A stretch of DNA of 62,000 nt from positions 82,001-144,000 of the forward strand of contig NW_008806282.1 of NCBI RefSeq assembly GCF_000400465.1, in the 5' to 3' direction. Shown here piece after piece: positions 21,987 to 32,824 of the stretch (within the stretch, counting starts at the first letter, position 1; each line of letters starts with the position of its first letter). The DNA comes from Wallemia ichthyophaga EXF-994 (taxonomy: Eukaryota; Fungi; Basidiomycota). The translations under genes and the position numbers were made by a program. The notes below the pieces were generated by a model. It did not search any database. It had not been told where the DNA came from and saw only the letters and a program-made list of their open reading frames with translations.

Positions 21987-24131
21987 ATGATGTCTAATCA
22001 GATAAACGGAGTCGCGGAGATGGGCTCGGAGATGGACAAGCGAGCGGAGATCGACGCTACTGGCCGAATGGCAGGGATGAGGGTGGACGATAGCGAGATA
22101 ACTGGCCATTTCGACAGAGATGGATGTGACGGTGGAGATGGCGACAACAACGGCGAGAACAACAACGATAATAACACCAGCAACAACGCAAACAACAGTA
22201 ACTCCACCCAGCGTCCACTCACGATAGTCTACTCGACAGAAACCGGCAATGCGCAAGACGTAGCAGAGCGATTAGGGCGACTAGGTGAGCGGTGGCGATG
22301 GGAAGTGAGGGTTTGCGAAGCGGATGAGTTCGACATCAATACTCTCCTCACAGCGCCGATAATTCTCTTCGTGCTCTCAACGACTGGCAACGGAGAGCAC
22401 AACCCCACTTTTCGCAGTCTGTGGCGGCAGCTGCTCAATTCACGTCTACCGTCGGATTTGCTGGATGGGCTGGTATATGGGGTGTTTGGGCTGGGCGACT
22501 CCTCGTATGCGCGTTTCAACTGGGCCGCTAAATCGCTCGATCGTCGGCTCGATAGTCTCGGTGCGCAGCGCGTCGTCGGCAGAGGCGATGGCGATGAGAG
22601 ACATTACATGGGATATGATGGTGTCTTTCTGCCGTGGTCCGGCGTTCTCTTCAACAACCTCAATCACCTCCTTCCCCTCCCCAAAGGCGTGGATAAGTTG
22701 GATGACGATTACCTCCCCCCACCGCGCGTCAAGATGGAGTGGCTGAATGGGAGCGGGAGTGGGAGTGGTAGTAAGAATAGCAGCTCTAGCAACACCACGA
22801 ACAACACCAACACACCACCAAATAATCCTAGCACGCCTTACACCTGCACACTTGACAGCAGCACGCGTCTCACATCCCCGTCATGGTGGCAGGATGTACG
22901 CCATCTAGTACTAAACACCCCACCCACTCTGCCCCCCTTCCGCGCCGGTGATGTAGCTGTGTTGCAGCCGCGCAACGAACCCAGCGCGATATCCAACCTC
23001 GTGCGCCAATTAGGGTGGGAGGAATGTGCGGATGAGTTATTGCTGCTTTGTGACAGGCAGTCTAGTCACTCTGATAACGCAAATCACGATACTCAAACTC
23101 ACACTACCCACCTCCCAAGCCCCCTGCAACGATACACCCACACACCCACCACACTGCGCCATCTACTCACATACCACTTATCGCCCTACGCGGTACCACG
23201 AACGACGTTCTTTGAGTACTTGGCACACTTCACCAGTAGCGACGTGGAGAGGGAGCGTCTACGTGAGTTCACCAGCGCACAAGGCGCCGATGAGCTGTAC
23301 GAGTATTGCGCACGTGTGCGCCGTACTGCCCCGGAAGTGCTCGATGACTTCAAGTCTGTTCGCATCCCGCCCCGGTATGCCCTCGACGTCTTCCCTCTTC
23401 TCCGCCCGCGCAAGTTTAGCATAGCGGGGAGCAAAAAGTCACATTCACACGCTCACGCCTCAAACCAGCTGCAGCTCTGTATCGCTCTCGTCAGGTACAA
23501 GACTAAACTGGCAAGGCCGCGCATGGGAATTTGCAGCGCTTGGTTGGAGAGTCTGAAGCAGGGCGACGAGGTGCATGTGGGCGTGGAGGAGGGGACTATT
23601 AGGGCACCGCGGCGTGTGAATGGGCATGAGGATGCGGATGAGCACGCTGATAATAACTTGACACACACACCTCCCCTTCTCCTCGTCGGGCCTGGTACTG
23701 GTGTGGCGCCGATGCGCGCACTGGTGCAAGAACGTGAGCGTGACATTCACACCCAACCAAGCGCACAAAACACCGCTCTCTATTTCGGTTGCAGATGCAG
23801 TGGAATGGACGAATTGTATGCAGATGAGATGCAGTCGCTCGCTAGGGCTGGACGGCTCCATTACCGCGTGGCGCACTCTCGCGATGACGTTCACGGTAAC
23901 AAGGAATACGTTCAGCACCTCCTCCAACAGGATGGAAAACGCGTCTATAATTGGCTCGTGGAGCGCAGCGGATATCTTTTCATTAGTGGCAGCTCGGGAC
24001 AGATGCCCAAGGGAGTTAGAAAAGCTGTCGCTAGTATCATCGAGAGGCTCGAAGGGGTGGATGAGAACACCGCGATGAGAAAAGTGGAGTATTTCGAAAG
24101 CATTGGGAGGATTGTGGAGGAGTGTTGGTAG
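21987..24131 (+). CDS. TAH18: NADPH-dependent diflavin oxidoreductase 1 (Tah18/NDOR1)
   Basis: Flavodoxin YSTETGNAQDVAERL, STTGNG, GLGDSSYARFNWAAKSLDRRL, WQDVRHL, LRPRKFSIA, GPGTGVAPMRA, YFGCR, and terminal EECW. Confidence 0.9.
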   Translation: MMSNQINGVAEMGSEMDKRAEIDATGRMAGMRVDDSEITGHFDRDGCDGGDGDNNGENNNDNNTSNNANNSNSTQRPLTIVYSTETGNAQDVAERLGRLGERWRWEVRVCEADEFDINTLLTAPIILFVLSTTGNGEHNPTFRSLWRQLLNSRLPSDLLDGLVYGVFGLGDSSYARFNWAAKSLDRRLDSLGAQRVVGRGDGDERHYMGYDGVFLPWSGVLFNNLNHLLPLPKGVDKLDDDYLPPPRVKMEWLNGSGSGSGSKNSSSSNTTNNTNTPPNNPSTPYTCTLDSSTRLTSPSWWQDVRHLVLNTPPTLPPFRAGDVAVLQPRNEPSAISNLVRQLGWEECADELLLLCDRQSSHSDNANHDTQTHTTHLPSPLQRYTHTPTTLRHLLTYHLSPYAVPRTTFFEYLAHFTSSDVERERLREFTSAQGADELYEYCARVRRTAPEVLDDFKSVRIPPRYALDVFPLLRPRKFSIAGSKKSHSHAHASNQLQLCIALVRYKTKLARPRMGICSAWLESLKQGDEVHVGVEEGTIRAPRRVNGHEDADEHADNNLTHTPPLLLVGPGTGVAPMRALVQERERDIHTQPSAQNTALYFGCRCSGMDELYADEMQSLARAGRLHYRVAHSRDDVHGNKEYVQHLLQQDGKRVYNWLVERSGYLFISGSSGQMPKGVRKAVASIIERLEGVDENTAMRKVEYFESIGRIVEECW

Positions 24132-24221
24132 AAAGAGAAATATTGGTTAAAGATGCGTCGGTAGATGAAAAGGATAAAAGTACATGCATTGCAATTTATA
24201 GATAGATACATAGTCACATAA

Positions 24222-25051
24222 TTACATACCGTGAGCTCCAAATTTAGTTAGCGTATGCACAGGGAACGGACTGTCACATGTCGAGCAGCGTTGTGGGGGA
24301 TGGCAGAAAACTGGTCAAGGTGGATTAGCAAGACAAAGAAAATTTTCAAGCACGACCCACTACTAAGACAGACAGAGCAGATGTAAGCCATATCCACGAT
24401 ACGCTTATGGCAGAAACAGGCAGCTCTGAAATCGACCTTGTCAGAGCGTGGCTGGACGAGCTTATGCCTGAGGGCGTGGTTTGGGAGGAAAGCCATGATG
24501 AGATACTGGATGAGGCTATCAATGTACTTGACTTGTATGTAGTTACCGCCGGTGAGATGCGCTGCCTGTTGAAGGAAGATGGTGTTGCTGTTATACAGCT
24601 CGCACACGTCGACGAGTATCTTAGCTTTTTGTGCAGCAAAAATCGAGTTCATGAGGCTGACGTAGTGTGAAGGGACATCATCGGAGGTAGTGATTACGAG
24701 AATGCGGAAGGAGTGGGGGGAGTCTGAGCTGGCGCTGGCTTCGTTTAGCTTCCGGTTGATGTGGCAGAGCGACTGGGCGAGAGTGGTGGCTAGCGTGGCT
24801 TTGACGGGTTTATCCGTGCGATAGAAATCCCGCACACACTCCACAAACACCTCAGAGAGCTGGCTGAAGTTTGCGTCATCTTCGTGCGTATCGAAAAGAA
24901 TCTTATTATTGAGGTGCACCGAGGCTGAATTCAAGTCGGAATTACTTAAATGCAAATTAATAAATACGAGCAGCTGCTTCAACGAAGATAGAGAAACATT
25001 TTTATTTTTCAACTCAAGGACCACGCTCAGATGGTTTGACGTGGTCGCCAT
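24222..25051 (-). CDS. TFB4: TFIIH subunit Tfb4/p34
   Basis: vWA-like LAQSLCHINR, RILVITTSDD, MNSIFAAQK, LQQAAHLTGGNY, and Zn finger [27 protein letters not shown]...CSTC (last intron near 24314-24360). Confidence 0.9.
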
Positions 25052-25093
25052 CGCTGTTACGGAGCAACGTCCAACACCCGGAATACGCGAGAG

Positions 25094-27754
25094 ATGAGAA
25101 TTTGGGCATTAATTCTGGCACTGATTTATACCGTCTATGCCACGAGCATCCTCAGCATCGACCTCGGCAGCGACTCGCTAAAGATTGGTCTCATCGGCAG
25201 CGGGAATCTCGACGTCGTCCTCGATAAAGACAGCTCACGGAAGCTGCAGTCGACTGTTGGCTTTAAGGGCGATGACAGACTCTTCGGTAAGCAGGCACTC
25301 CAGAACAGCAACAAAAATCCAGACACCAGCTATCCTCATCTCAAAATGCTCATTGGGAAGACTGCTGAGGCTGACAGCACACAGCGTTGGGAAGCGATAT
25401 TCCCCGCAGTAGACAACAGCGTCACTGACAGAGGCACGCTCCAGCTGCACTCGCATAAAGACGCGTATGCGATCGAAGAACTCCTGGCTATGCAATTCCA
25501 CTACGCCAGACAGCTCGCTCAGATGCAAAGTGGTGAGACTATAAAGGATGTCGTATTGACTGTGGGTAGCTAATGTGTTGTACACTTTCTCTAACTTCTT
25601 TCACAGCTCCCGCCTTACTTCTCTACCTACGAAAGACAGGCTGTGTTGGACGCAGTCAATTTGGCAGCTCTCCAGCCAATCGCTCTTATCAATGATGGCA
25701 CTGCTGTCGCCGTCAACTACGCAATGACCCGTTCGTTTGACTCTACTCCAGCTTCGTACGTTATATACGACGCAGGCGCGTCCTCACTTAGCGCAACTTT
25801 CGTTGAAATATCCTCCCACTCTCCACCCAAGAAGCGCTTCGGCAGCAAGCAGAACACTACCGAAATCAACGTTATTGGCACTGCATACGATGACAGCGTT
25901 GGTGGTGTTGACCTTGATCACCGTCTGCGCGATATCCTCGCAGACGCCTTCGAGCAGCAGCACAACCTCGACCAAAGCTGGCGAGGCAATGCACGTGCAT
26001 GGAACAAGCTTCTTGTGGAGGCTAATCGCGTCAAGCATATACTCTCCGCCAATTCAGAATCCCAGGCGACAATCGAAGGTCTGCACGATGAGCTTGATTT
26101 TAAGAGCACAGTGAGTAGGGAGCAGTTCAAGGCAGCTATCGAAGACTACCAAATGAGGTGGTCGGCGCCAATTTCTGAAGTACTCGCTAAGACTGGTAGG
26201 GGTATTGATGGTGTTGACGCTGTTATTCTTACCGGTGGTGCCTCTCGCATCCCTATCATTCAATCGCAAGTCAGAGCGTTTGTGGGCGATGACAAAATTA
26301 GCACATCTGTTAATGCAGATGAGAGTGCTGTCTTGGGTGCTGCTTTCTACGGCGCTACATTCAGTAAATCGTTCAGAACTAAACCTCTCACAGTACACGA
26401 GGCTAGCGTGTACTCAATGGAGGGTGTGGGAATGGACGTGAGTGAGCATGGCACTCTGCTTTGGAAGGAGGGCGCTTCTCTCCCAACCAACAATACCATC
26501 TCTCTCCCACCTAGAGATGCGACAGTGGTGGTAAAATACACCGCAGACTCCATTCCACACGACCAACAGGCTGCTTACATGCAGCTTAATGTGACGGGTG
26601 TGGATGGAGCGCTCGCCGAAATGAACCTCAGCTATGAAGAAGCTGCTGCTGCGAATGTGAGAGTGGATATAGGTGTGGAACACACGTCATTCTCGCTCGT
26701 TCTTCCTACCGCTGCCGAGCTCGTTGTACCTGCTCCAGCTTCGCACGACGGTCTCACAGGCAAGCTGAAAGAATGGTTTAGCGTGGGAGCAGGTGGAGCA
26801 AAAGGAGAAGAAAAGAATGAAAACGGCACTACTACAGACAGCACAACACCTACACCCCCACACGCACAAGAAAAGAGGATCAAGTTGACGCTCTCAAGTC
26901 TTCCAGCCTCGCTTCAGCCGATGACGGTGGACCTGAAGGGGGAGTCTATGAACAAGCTGATGGCGCTCAACTACGCAGAGGCAATGGAAGGGCTTCGCGA
27001 GGAGACATTCAATGGCTTTGAAAGTAAGCTGTATATGTTGAAGGCATTGATAGAGAACGTAGACGGGAAATATGACGCGTTCCATAACGCCACGCTGCCA
27101 GAGGAAATGCGAGCGCTGGAAAGTGCACACGCAACAGCACTCACATGGCTCGATGAGGAGGGATGGTCAGCTACACTGGAGCAGATTCAGAAGGAGGCGA
27201 CTAAGATTGGAGCCATCGAACAACCAGTTAAGGAACGTATTAGGAATGGGCAGGTGAAGGCAGCTGCTTTAGGTGACCTCCAGAAGGCATTGTTTGCAGG
27301 TAGGACTTTCCTCAAGGAGGCGAGAAAGAACTTGACAACCACGGATGAGTCGAGATATTCATTCAAAGAGGTCGACGAATTCGAGGCTCACCTCTTCCAG
27401 ACCGAGAACTGGCTCAGGCCGCTGATGCGCAAGGATGGAGAGGCAAAACCATGGGAAGAAGGGGCATATACGGCGACTGAGTTGGAAGTCGCTGGGAGGA
27501 GTGTACAGGATTTCTTTATGGAATTGACTGAGAGGCTGCCAAGGAAGGCTGAGGAGAGTGTTACAGAGAGTGCTACGGAGAGCAGCCAGAGCACAACATC
27601 TGCACCTGCATCTGAAGCCAGCTCCTCAGGCACTCATTCAGACAACTCTTCAGGTACTCAAGACACACCAGGCACTCCAACACCACCAAACAAAAGCAAG
27701 TCAAGTGAGTCAGGTGAGACAGAGAAAAACCACCACAGCCACGATGAACTATAA
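25094..27754 (+). CDS. LHS1: ER Hsp70-family nucleotide exchange factor Lhs1/Grp170
   Basis: Signal peptide, ILSIDLGSDS, AVNYAMTR, YDAGAS, VILTGGASRIP, VNADESAVLGAAFYGA and C-terminal HDEL. Intron 25562-25606. Confidence 0.9.
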
Positions 27755-27993
27755 AAGAGAGATGCATTTATTTAATTTTAGATTTCATTATCAGTTGACG
27801 TGGGTTGGCATGTGATAGATACCGCAGCTGGCGAGATGTTTGGTGAATGAAGTGAATGAGTAACACACAGCAGCTGCTAGCGGTGACAAACATCCGAAAT
27901 TATTGGGGATCGTGTGATTATAATAAATCCGCGTTGGGTTTAAATTGCTCTAAACGCACTCTCACCTCAACAACCAACACGAAATAAGAAAAA

Positions 27994-28995
27994 ATGGTTT
28001 TAATTAAAGCAGCTATCTGTGGTGCAGGCGGTGGAATTGGTCAGCCATTATCCCTCCTCACTGCGCAAAACCCACATATCGGTGAAGTCTCTCTGTTTGA
28101 TGTTGTCCCATCAGTACACGGTGTCGCTGCCGATTTATCCCACTTGGACGGCACAGCTGTTGTAAAGGGCTACACTAAGGAGAATGATGGTTTGAAGCAC
28201 GCTCTCACCGGTGCAAATGTCGTCATTATACCTGCAGGTGTTCCACGTAAGCCTGGGATGACTCGTGATGACCTCTTCAAGATCAACGCATCTATTTGCC
28301 GTGATTTGGCCACTGGTATTGCCGATTACGCTCCAGATGCCATCGTCGGTGTCGTATCAAACCCTGTCAACTCCACCGTTCCTGTCTTTGTTGAGACTCT
28401 CAAAGCAAAGGGCGTCTTTAACGCTCGCAAGGTCTTCGGTGTCACCACCCTCGATATCGTTAGATCATCCAAGTTCGTCGCTGAGGTCCTCGGTAAGCCT
28501 AACGAGGCTCCTCAATACACTATCCCTGTTATCGGTGGTCACTCAGGCAAAACTATCATACCTGTTATCAGCCAGTCTCAGCCAAAGGTCGATATCTCCG
28601 GCGACAAACTCAACACTCTCGTCAACAGAATTCAATTCGGTGGTGACGAAGTTGTTAAGGCTAAAGATGGTGCTGGTTCAGCGACCCTTTCAATGGCATA
28701 CGCTGGTTCTAAGTTTTTGAACGCTGTCGTTAGCTCCGTCTACGCTGATAAACCTAGCGTCATCCAAGCTTACGTATACCTCCCTGAGTTGCCAGGTGGT
28801 GACGCCATCAAGAATGACATTGGAAAGGATGTCTCTTACTTCTCCGTTTCCCTCCAGCTCGGTAAGAGCGGTGTTGAGAAAGTTCTCCCTGTTGGTCCAC
28901 TCAGCGACTACGAGAAGGGTCTCCTTCAAGAGGCTCTCCCTGAATTAGACGCTTCCATTGTCAAGGGTGTTGGTTTCGGAAAGAGTTCACTTTAG
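27994..28995 (+). CDS. MDH: NAD-dependent malate dehydrogenase without mitochondrial presequence
   Basis: GAGGGIGQPLSLL, IPAGVPRKPGMTRDDLFKINA, VSNPVNSTVP, GVTTLDIVR, IGGHSG and GSATLSMAYA. Confidence 0.95.
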   Translation: MVLIKAAICGAGGGIGQPLSLLTAQNPHIGEVSLFDVVPSVHGVAADLSHLDGTAVVKGYTKENDGLKHALTGANVVIIPAGVPRKPGMTRDDLFKINASICRDLATGIADYAPDAIVGVVSNPVNSTVPVFVETLKAKGVFNARKVFGVTTLDIVRSSKFVAEVLGKPNEAPQYTIPVIGGHSGKTIIPVISQSQPKVDISGDKLNTLVNRIQFGGDEVVKAKDGAGSATLSMAYAGSKFLNAVVSSVYADKPSVIQAYVYLPELPGGDAIKNDIGKDVSYFSVSLQLGKSGVEKVLPVGPLSDYEKGLLQEALPELDASIVKGVGFGKSSL

Positions 28996-29088
28996 GTATG
29001 ACAGTGGTTTGTATTGTTACTGAAGTATGCATGAAATATATCAATCGCAGTGTGCAAATAAGAGTTGTGTTGGTAGTTAAAATTAGTA

Positions 29089-30625
29089 TCAAAATCCAAA
29101 TGCTTCGACTTGATGAGTCTTGAAATGTCTATAGGTGTCCCCTTTCTCGCAGATCAAATGGCGATCAATGAAGGGGTTGAGGAAAATGCCATGCTCGTCA
29201 TACTTGTGGATAATTTCCATGAACTTGGGCAGCCCGCTGTACTTTTCACCAACTTCTTGAGGTGTTTGTGTGGAATGCTTAGCCCAATGCGCTCTACCGT
29301 TATATTTACGGAGGATATCTTCGAAGGTTCTGAATATCCTTCTATAGCGTACACGACAATTGAATGGTTTGTATTTGATCAGGCCAATCCACATGAAGTG
29401 AGTTTCTACTTGATTGCCCACGTGTTTGTTAGCAGGGGAAAGTAAGATATCGTCAGCCTTCGAAATGCGCACTTCGAGTGGAAAATCAACGTCATTCTCA
29501 TCCACCAGCCATTCATTGAGCTCCAACATACACTCGTAAGCCTGAGACAGAGGCACAGACCATTCGGTAGTGTATTGCAAAAGACCGCAGTCCATGTTGA
29601 AAATGTTGCACGAGGTGTCTGTGCGCTGTTGGTGCTGTCCAAACACACACCGCCACGCCAGGTGGCTGAGAAGGGGAGCGATAGCGGGCACGTACCGCTT
29701 CACCAGCAGCAGTGGCTGGAGAAGAAAGCTAAAGAGTGTGCTAGAGACAGGCGCTTGCGGTTGGTATTTTTCAGTGTTTTGTGCGGCTTTATACGACTGC
29801 ATCAGACTAACTCCTCCCGTCTGGGGCAGCCAGAACGCCTTAACATAGGGCGCAGTGCGCCACCGGTCGAGCCAGGAAGAGGGACTGCTGGTGTACTCGT
29901 CGAACGACATTGCCGTTGTGACTTGATGCAGGTTGAATTTCTCCTCCACGCTCAGCACCACGCTGAGAATGATGCCTGTCGCGCCGAGGGAGCACAACGT
30001 AGCGTTGAAGAGGTGTGGGTGGAGTGTGCGTGAGCACTCTAGCACCTCACCACTAGCTACGAGGATAGAGAGGGAGTGGACGTACGATGACATGCAGTGG
30101 TGGTCGATCCCGCTGCCGTGCGTGGCTGTCGCAAGGCAGCCAGCTATAGTCTGATCGGAAATAGACCCGAGGATCGGCATGGCAAGGTTGTTAACGTCGA
30201 GTGCCTGATTGATATCCCTCAACAATGTGCCTGAGTGGGTGGTGATCGTGCGGTCTTCTTTGTCTATCTGTAGAGGAGTGCAGAGTGAGAAAGTATCATA
30301 TGAAAAGCACTTGACGCACACTTATCACACCTGCTATTCCCGACATTATTACTATCCAACCCTCGCTGCATGCTAGGTCAGAGGGCGAGTGCCACACGCC
30401 CATGGCTCGCACTCGCACCCTTGCCCTGCGGGCTGCTTCTACGATGAGCTGCGTGTCGGCGATCGTGTGCGGCGTGTATATCCGCTCAGGCGTCGCTTCG
30501 AATGTCCTTGCCCAGTTTTGTAGCTTGTGTGTGGGAGTACCTTGGAAAGCGCTGATTCGGTGCTCTAGTTGCTCATCTGAAATTTTCTTCAAGTCGCTCA
30601 ATACCATAATTTCCTGCATCGCCAT
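29089..30625 (-). CDS. ALO1: D-arabinono-1,4-lactone oxidase / L-gulonolactone oxidase family
   Basis: NWARTF, HSPSDLAC, LGSISDQTIAGCLATATHGSG, SLGATGII, FPLEVR and GRAHWAK. Two exons with an intron near 30270-30325. Confidence 0.88.
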
Positions 30626-30793
30626 CGCTATCGCCACCGATGATGCACTGAACGACGAAGACATCGGGTGTTTTCGTGATAGTAACTAAAACAAAAATTC
30701 ACTCTTTTTTTAAAACAAAAGACTAGCAAGGAGTACATACAAGTTATTGTACGAGTTACCGCACGACTTGTCGCAACTCATACCACCACATCC

Positions 30794-31396
30794 ATGGCAC
30801 ACCACGCCCAAGACTCGGAAATAGCGCGGCACAGGCGCAGAATAACAGCGTACCACGCTTACATACAGCCAGTCTTGAAGGCATTGAAGGATACACATGA
30901 GGTTAGTGTGCCCTACACGTTGCGTTCCAAGGTCTGCAACCAGGCGTGGAGAGAGAAGCTGGGGGAGACGGTAAACCAGTACCCGCGCTCGACAAAGACT
31001 ACGATAGAGCTACAGCAAATAGCTTGGGAAGATATACAAAACAATTTCGATAGTTTCATCCGTGATTTGAGACGCAGACTGGATCAGTATGCTCTGGTGA
31101 ACATGAGGACAAGTGTGGATCCGAAAGATGGGCTCAGTCTGGCTGATTGGGATTACGAAACTCATATGAACCAAATCGTGGACAGACTAGACAAAGAACA
31201 GCCAGATACACCGTCTCAAAGCAAAATTTCACTCGCAGAAGGACTCTGGAAGGTTAGGAAATATGTTCGTAGTGAGGAATTCATCGAACAAGAAGAGGAG
31301 AATCTCAAGGAGGCGACTGTAAGGTTGGAGTTGGATACTGTCAGGGGGATCAAAGGGATACAGCAGCAGGTAAAGAAGGCAAGAGTGGGTGTTTAG
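30794..31396 (+). CDS. Hypothetical helical protein (200 aa)
   Basis: Uninterrupted ORF with ATG and protein-like composition, divergent from ALO1. No family recognised. Confidence 0.6.
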   Translation: MAHHAQDSEIARHRRRITAYHAYIQPVLKALKDTHEVSVPYTLRSKVCNQAWREKLGETVNQYPRSTKTTIELQQIAWEDIQNNFDSFIRDLRRRLDQYALVNMRTSVDPKDGLSLADWDYETHMNQIVDRLDKEQPDTPSQSKISLAEGLWKVRKYVRSEEFIEQEEENLKEATVRLELDTVRGIKGIQQQVKKARVGV

Positions 31397-31500
31397 TGGG
31401 TTGTTAGTGTATTCTATAGCAGTTTCTGTATTAATGTTTATAATATCCTATACCCAATACCCATTCGTTTTTCACCTGCGCTGATGGGCGATAGCAGATA

Positions 31501-32405
31501 ATGCGTAAGTAAACGCACTTAAAAGAAAGCAAGATAATTACAAGCACCATGCAGCAAAACAAAAGAATAAAGATACCACACGGAAGCTTTCGGCGTATAA
31601 TCTATTCATGAAACACGTCCTGCAATCACTCAAGCAGAGCCACGGGAGTGTGAGCTATGGGCACAGATTTAAAGCGTCTGCCCGTCTTTGGACGCAGAGG
31701 ATGGAGATGACAGCTGTGGATATATCCACCAAAACGAAGACACCTGTTGGTGCACTCTCGAAGCAACTCATTCAGGAGAGGACATGGGAGGGAGCTCAGC
31801 GTGATATGGGAGTCATTCTTATTCATCTTGCACAGTCAGTAGAGTATAGCGCCAGACTGGAGGCAGAGGCAGAGGCAGGACATTACATGCACAGCAACGT
31901 ACCGAGAGCTAACAGCGAGTATAATAGACATATGCAGAGTACACTGGCACAGCTCAAGGAAATTCAGTCAGACACGCCATATCAAACTAGATTTAAATTG
32001 GCGGCGAGTATGTGGCAGGAAAGGAAGAAGGAGAGGAGTGAGAGGAGAGGAGGGAAGAAGAGGGACTATATCCCAGTTTATAGCGATGTTGACGAGGAAG
32101 ACATTGTGTTGCAAGGACCATCTTCAAGTATACATCCGGGAAGGATACCAATGGGATATTACGATGGTGAGTTTGGTAATGACTTGAACTTGAAATCATC
32201 AATGGCGTCATCAATGCTATCAACAACGATACCACCAACAACAACGACGCCATCGATACCTTGGCAATACACGTGGGTAGCTATACCACCATTCCCAGAA
32301 GCAGAAGCAGAAGGAGAAGCAGCAGCAGAAGAGAATAGATATAACGGAAATGAAGACGATACAAATACGCTCAACGACTACAAAGACTATTTGGATGAAA
32401 TATGA
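31501..32405 (+). CDS. Protein with two YABBY/HMG-box-like helical motifs
   Basis: A 4-nt first exon ATGC (31501-31504) and intron 31505-31554 (GTAAGT...CAG) give MPKQKNKDTTRKLSAYNLFMKHVLQSLKQSHGSVSYGHRFKASARLW. A second copy reads NSEYNRHMQSTLAQLKEIQSDTPYQTRFKLAASMW. Confidence 0.65.
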
Positions 32406-32435
32406 ATAAATATTATACCTTTTACAAAGACAGTG

Positions 32436-32790
32436 ATGCGGGTGACAATCAATCAATGGAGAGCATTTAGTCATTGGAAGTGGAATGGGTGTGATACAGA
32501 CGATCTCTGTGGGATATGCCAGAATTACCTTGATAACTCTTGTCCGAATTGCAGTCTACCTGGAGATGATTGTCCGTTGAGTGAGTTAAAGTGCAGCGAT
32601 TAGAAAACGCGTTGTTAACGCGTAAATTAGTCTGGGGGAAGTGTAACCACTCATTCCACATGCACTGTATACTCAAATGGCTCTCACTTGAATCGAGTAA
32701 AGGTCAATGCCCAATGGATAGGCAGCAGTGGGGTAAATAGTAATTACTCATCCAATCCAGCTAACAAAGCGCTTTATAGAAACCCAATAA
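32436..32790 (+). CDS. APC11: Anaphase-promoting complex RING-H2 subunit Apc11 (missed by the ORF track)
   Basis: Spliced MRVTINQWRAFSHWKW...DDLCGICQN...[31 protein letters not shown]...QCPMDRQQW. Introns 32581-32630 and 32733-32779. Confidence 0.93.
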
Positions 32791-32824
32791 TATTTATTCC
32801 TTTATACCTTGTACTATTACCACC

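Noticed and set aside
28996-29050. Read-through or alternative splicing after the MDH stop creating a cryptic PTS1
   Set aside because: The stop context is TAG GTA TGA (not TGA CTA), and none of the frames after the putative acceptor at 29050 ends in a PTS1.
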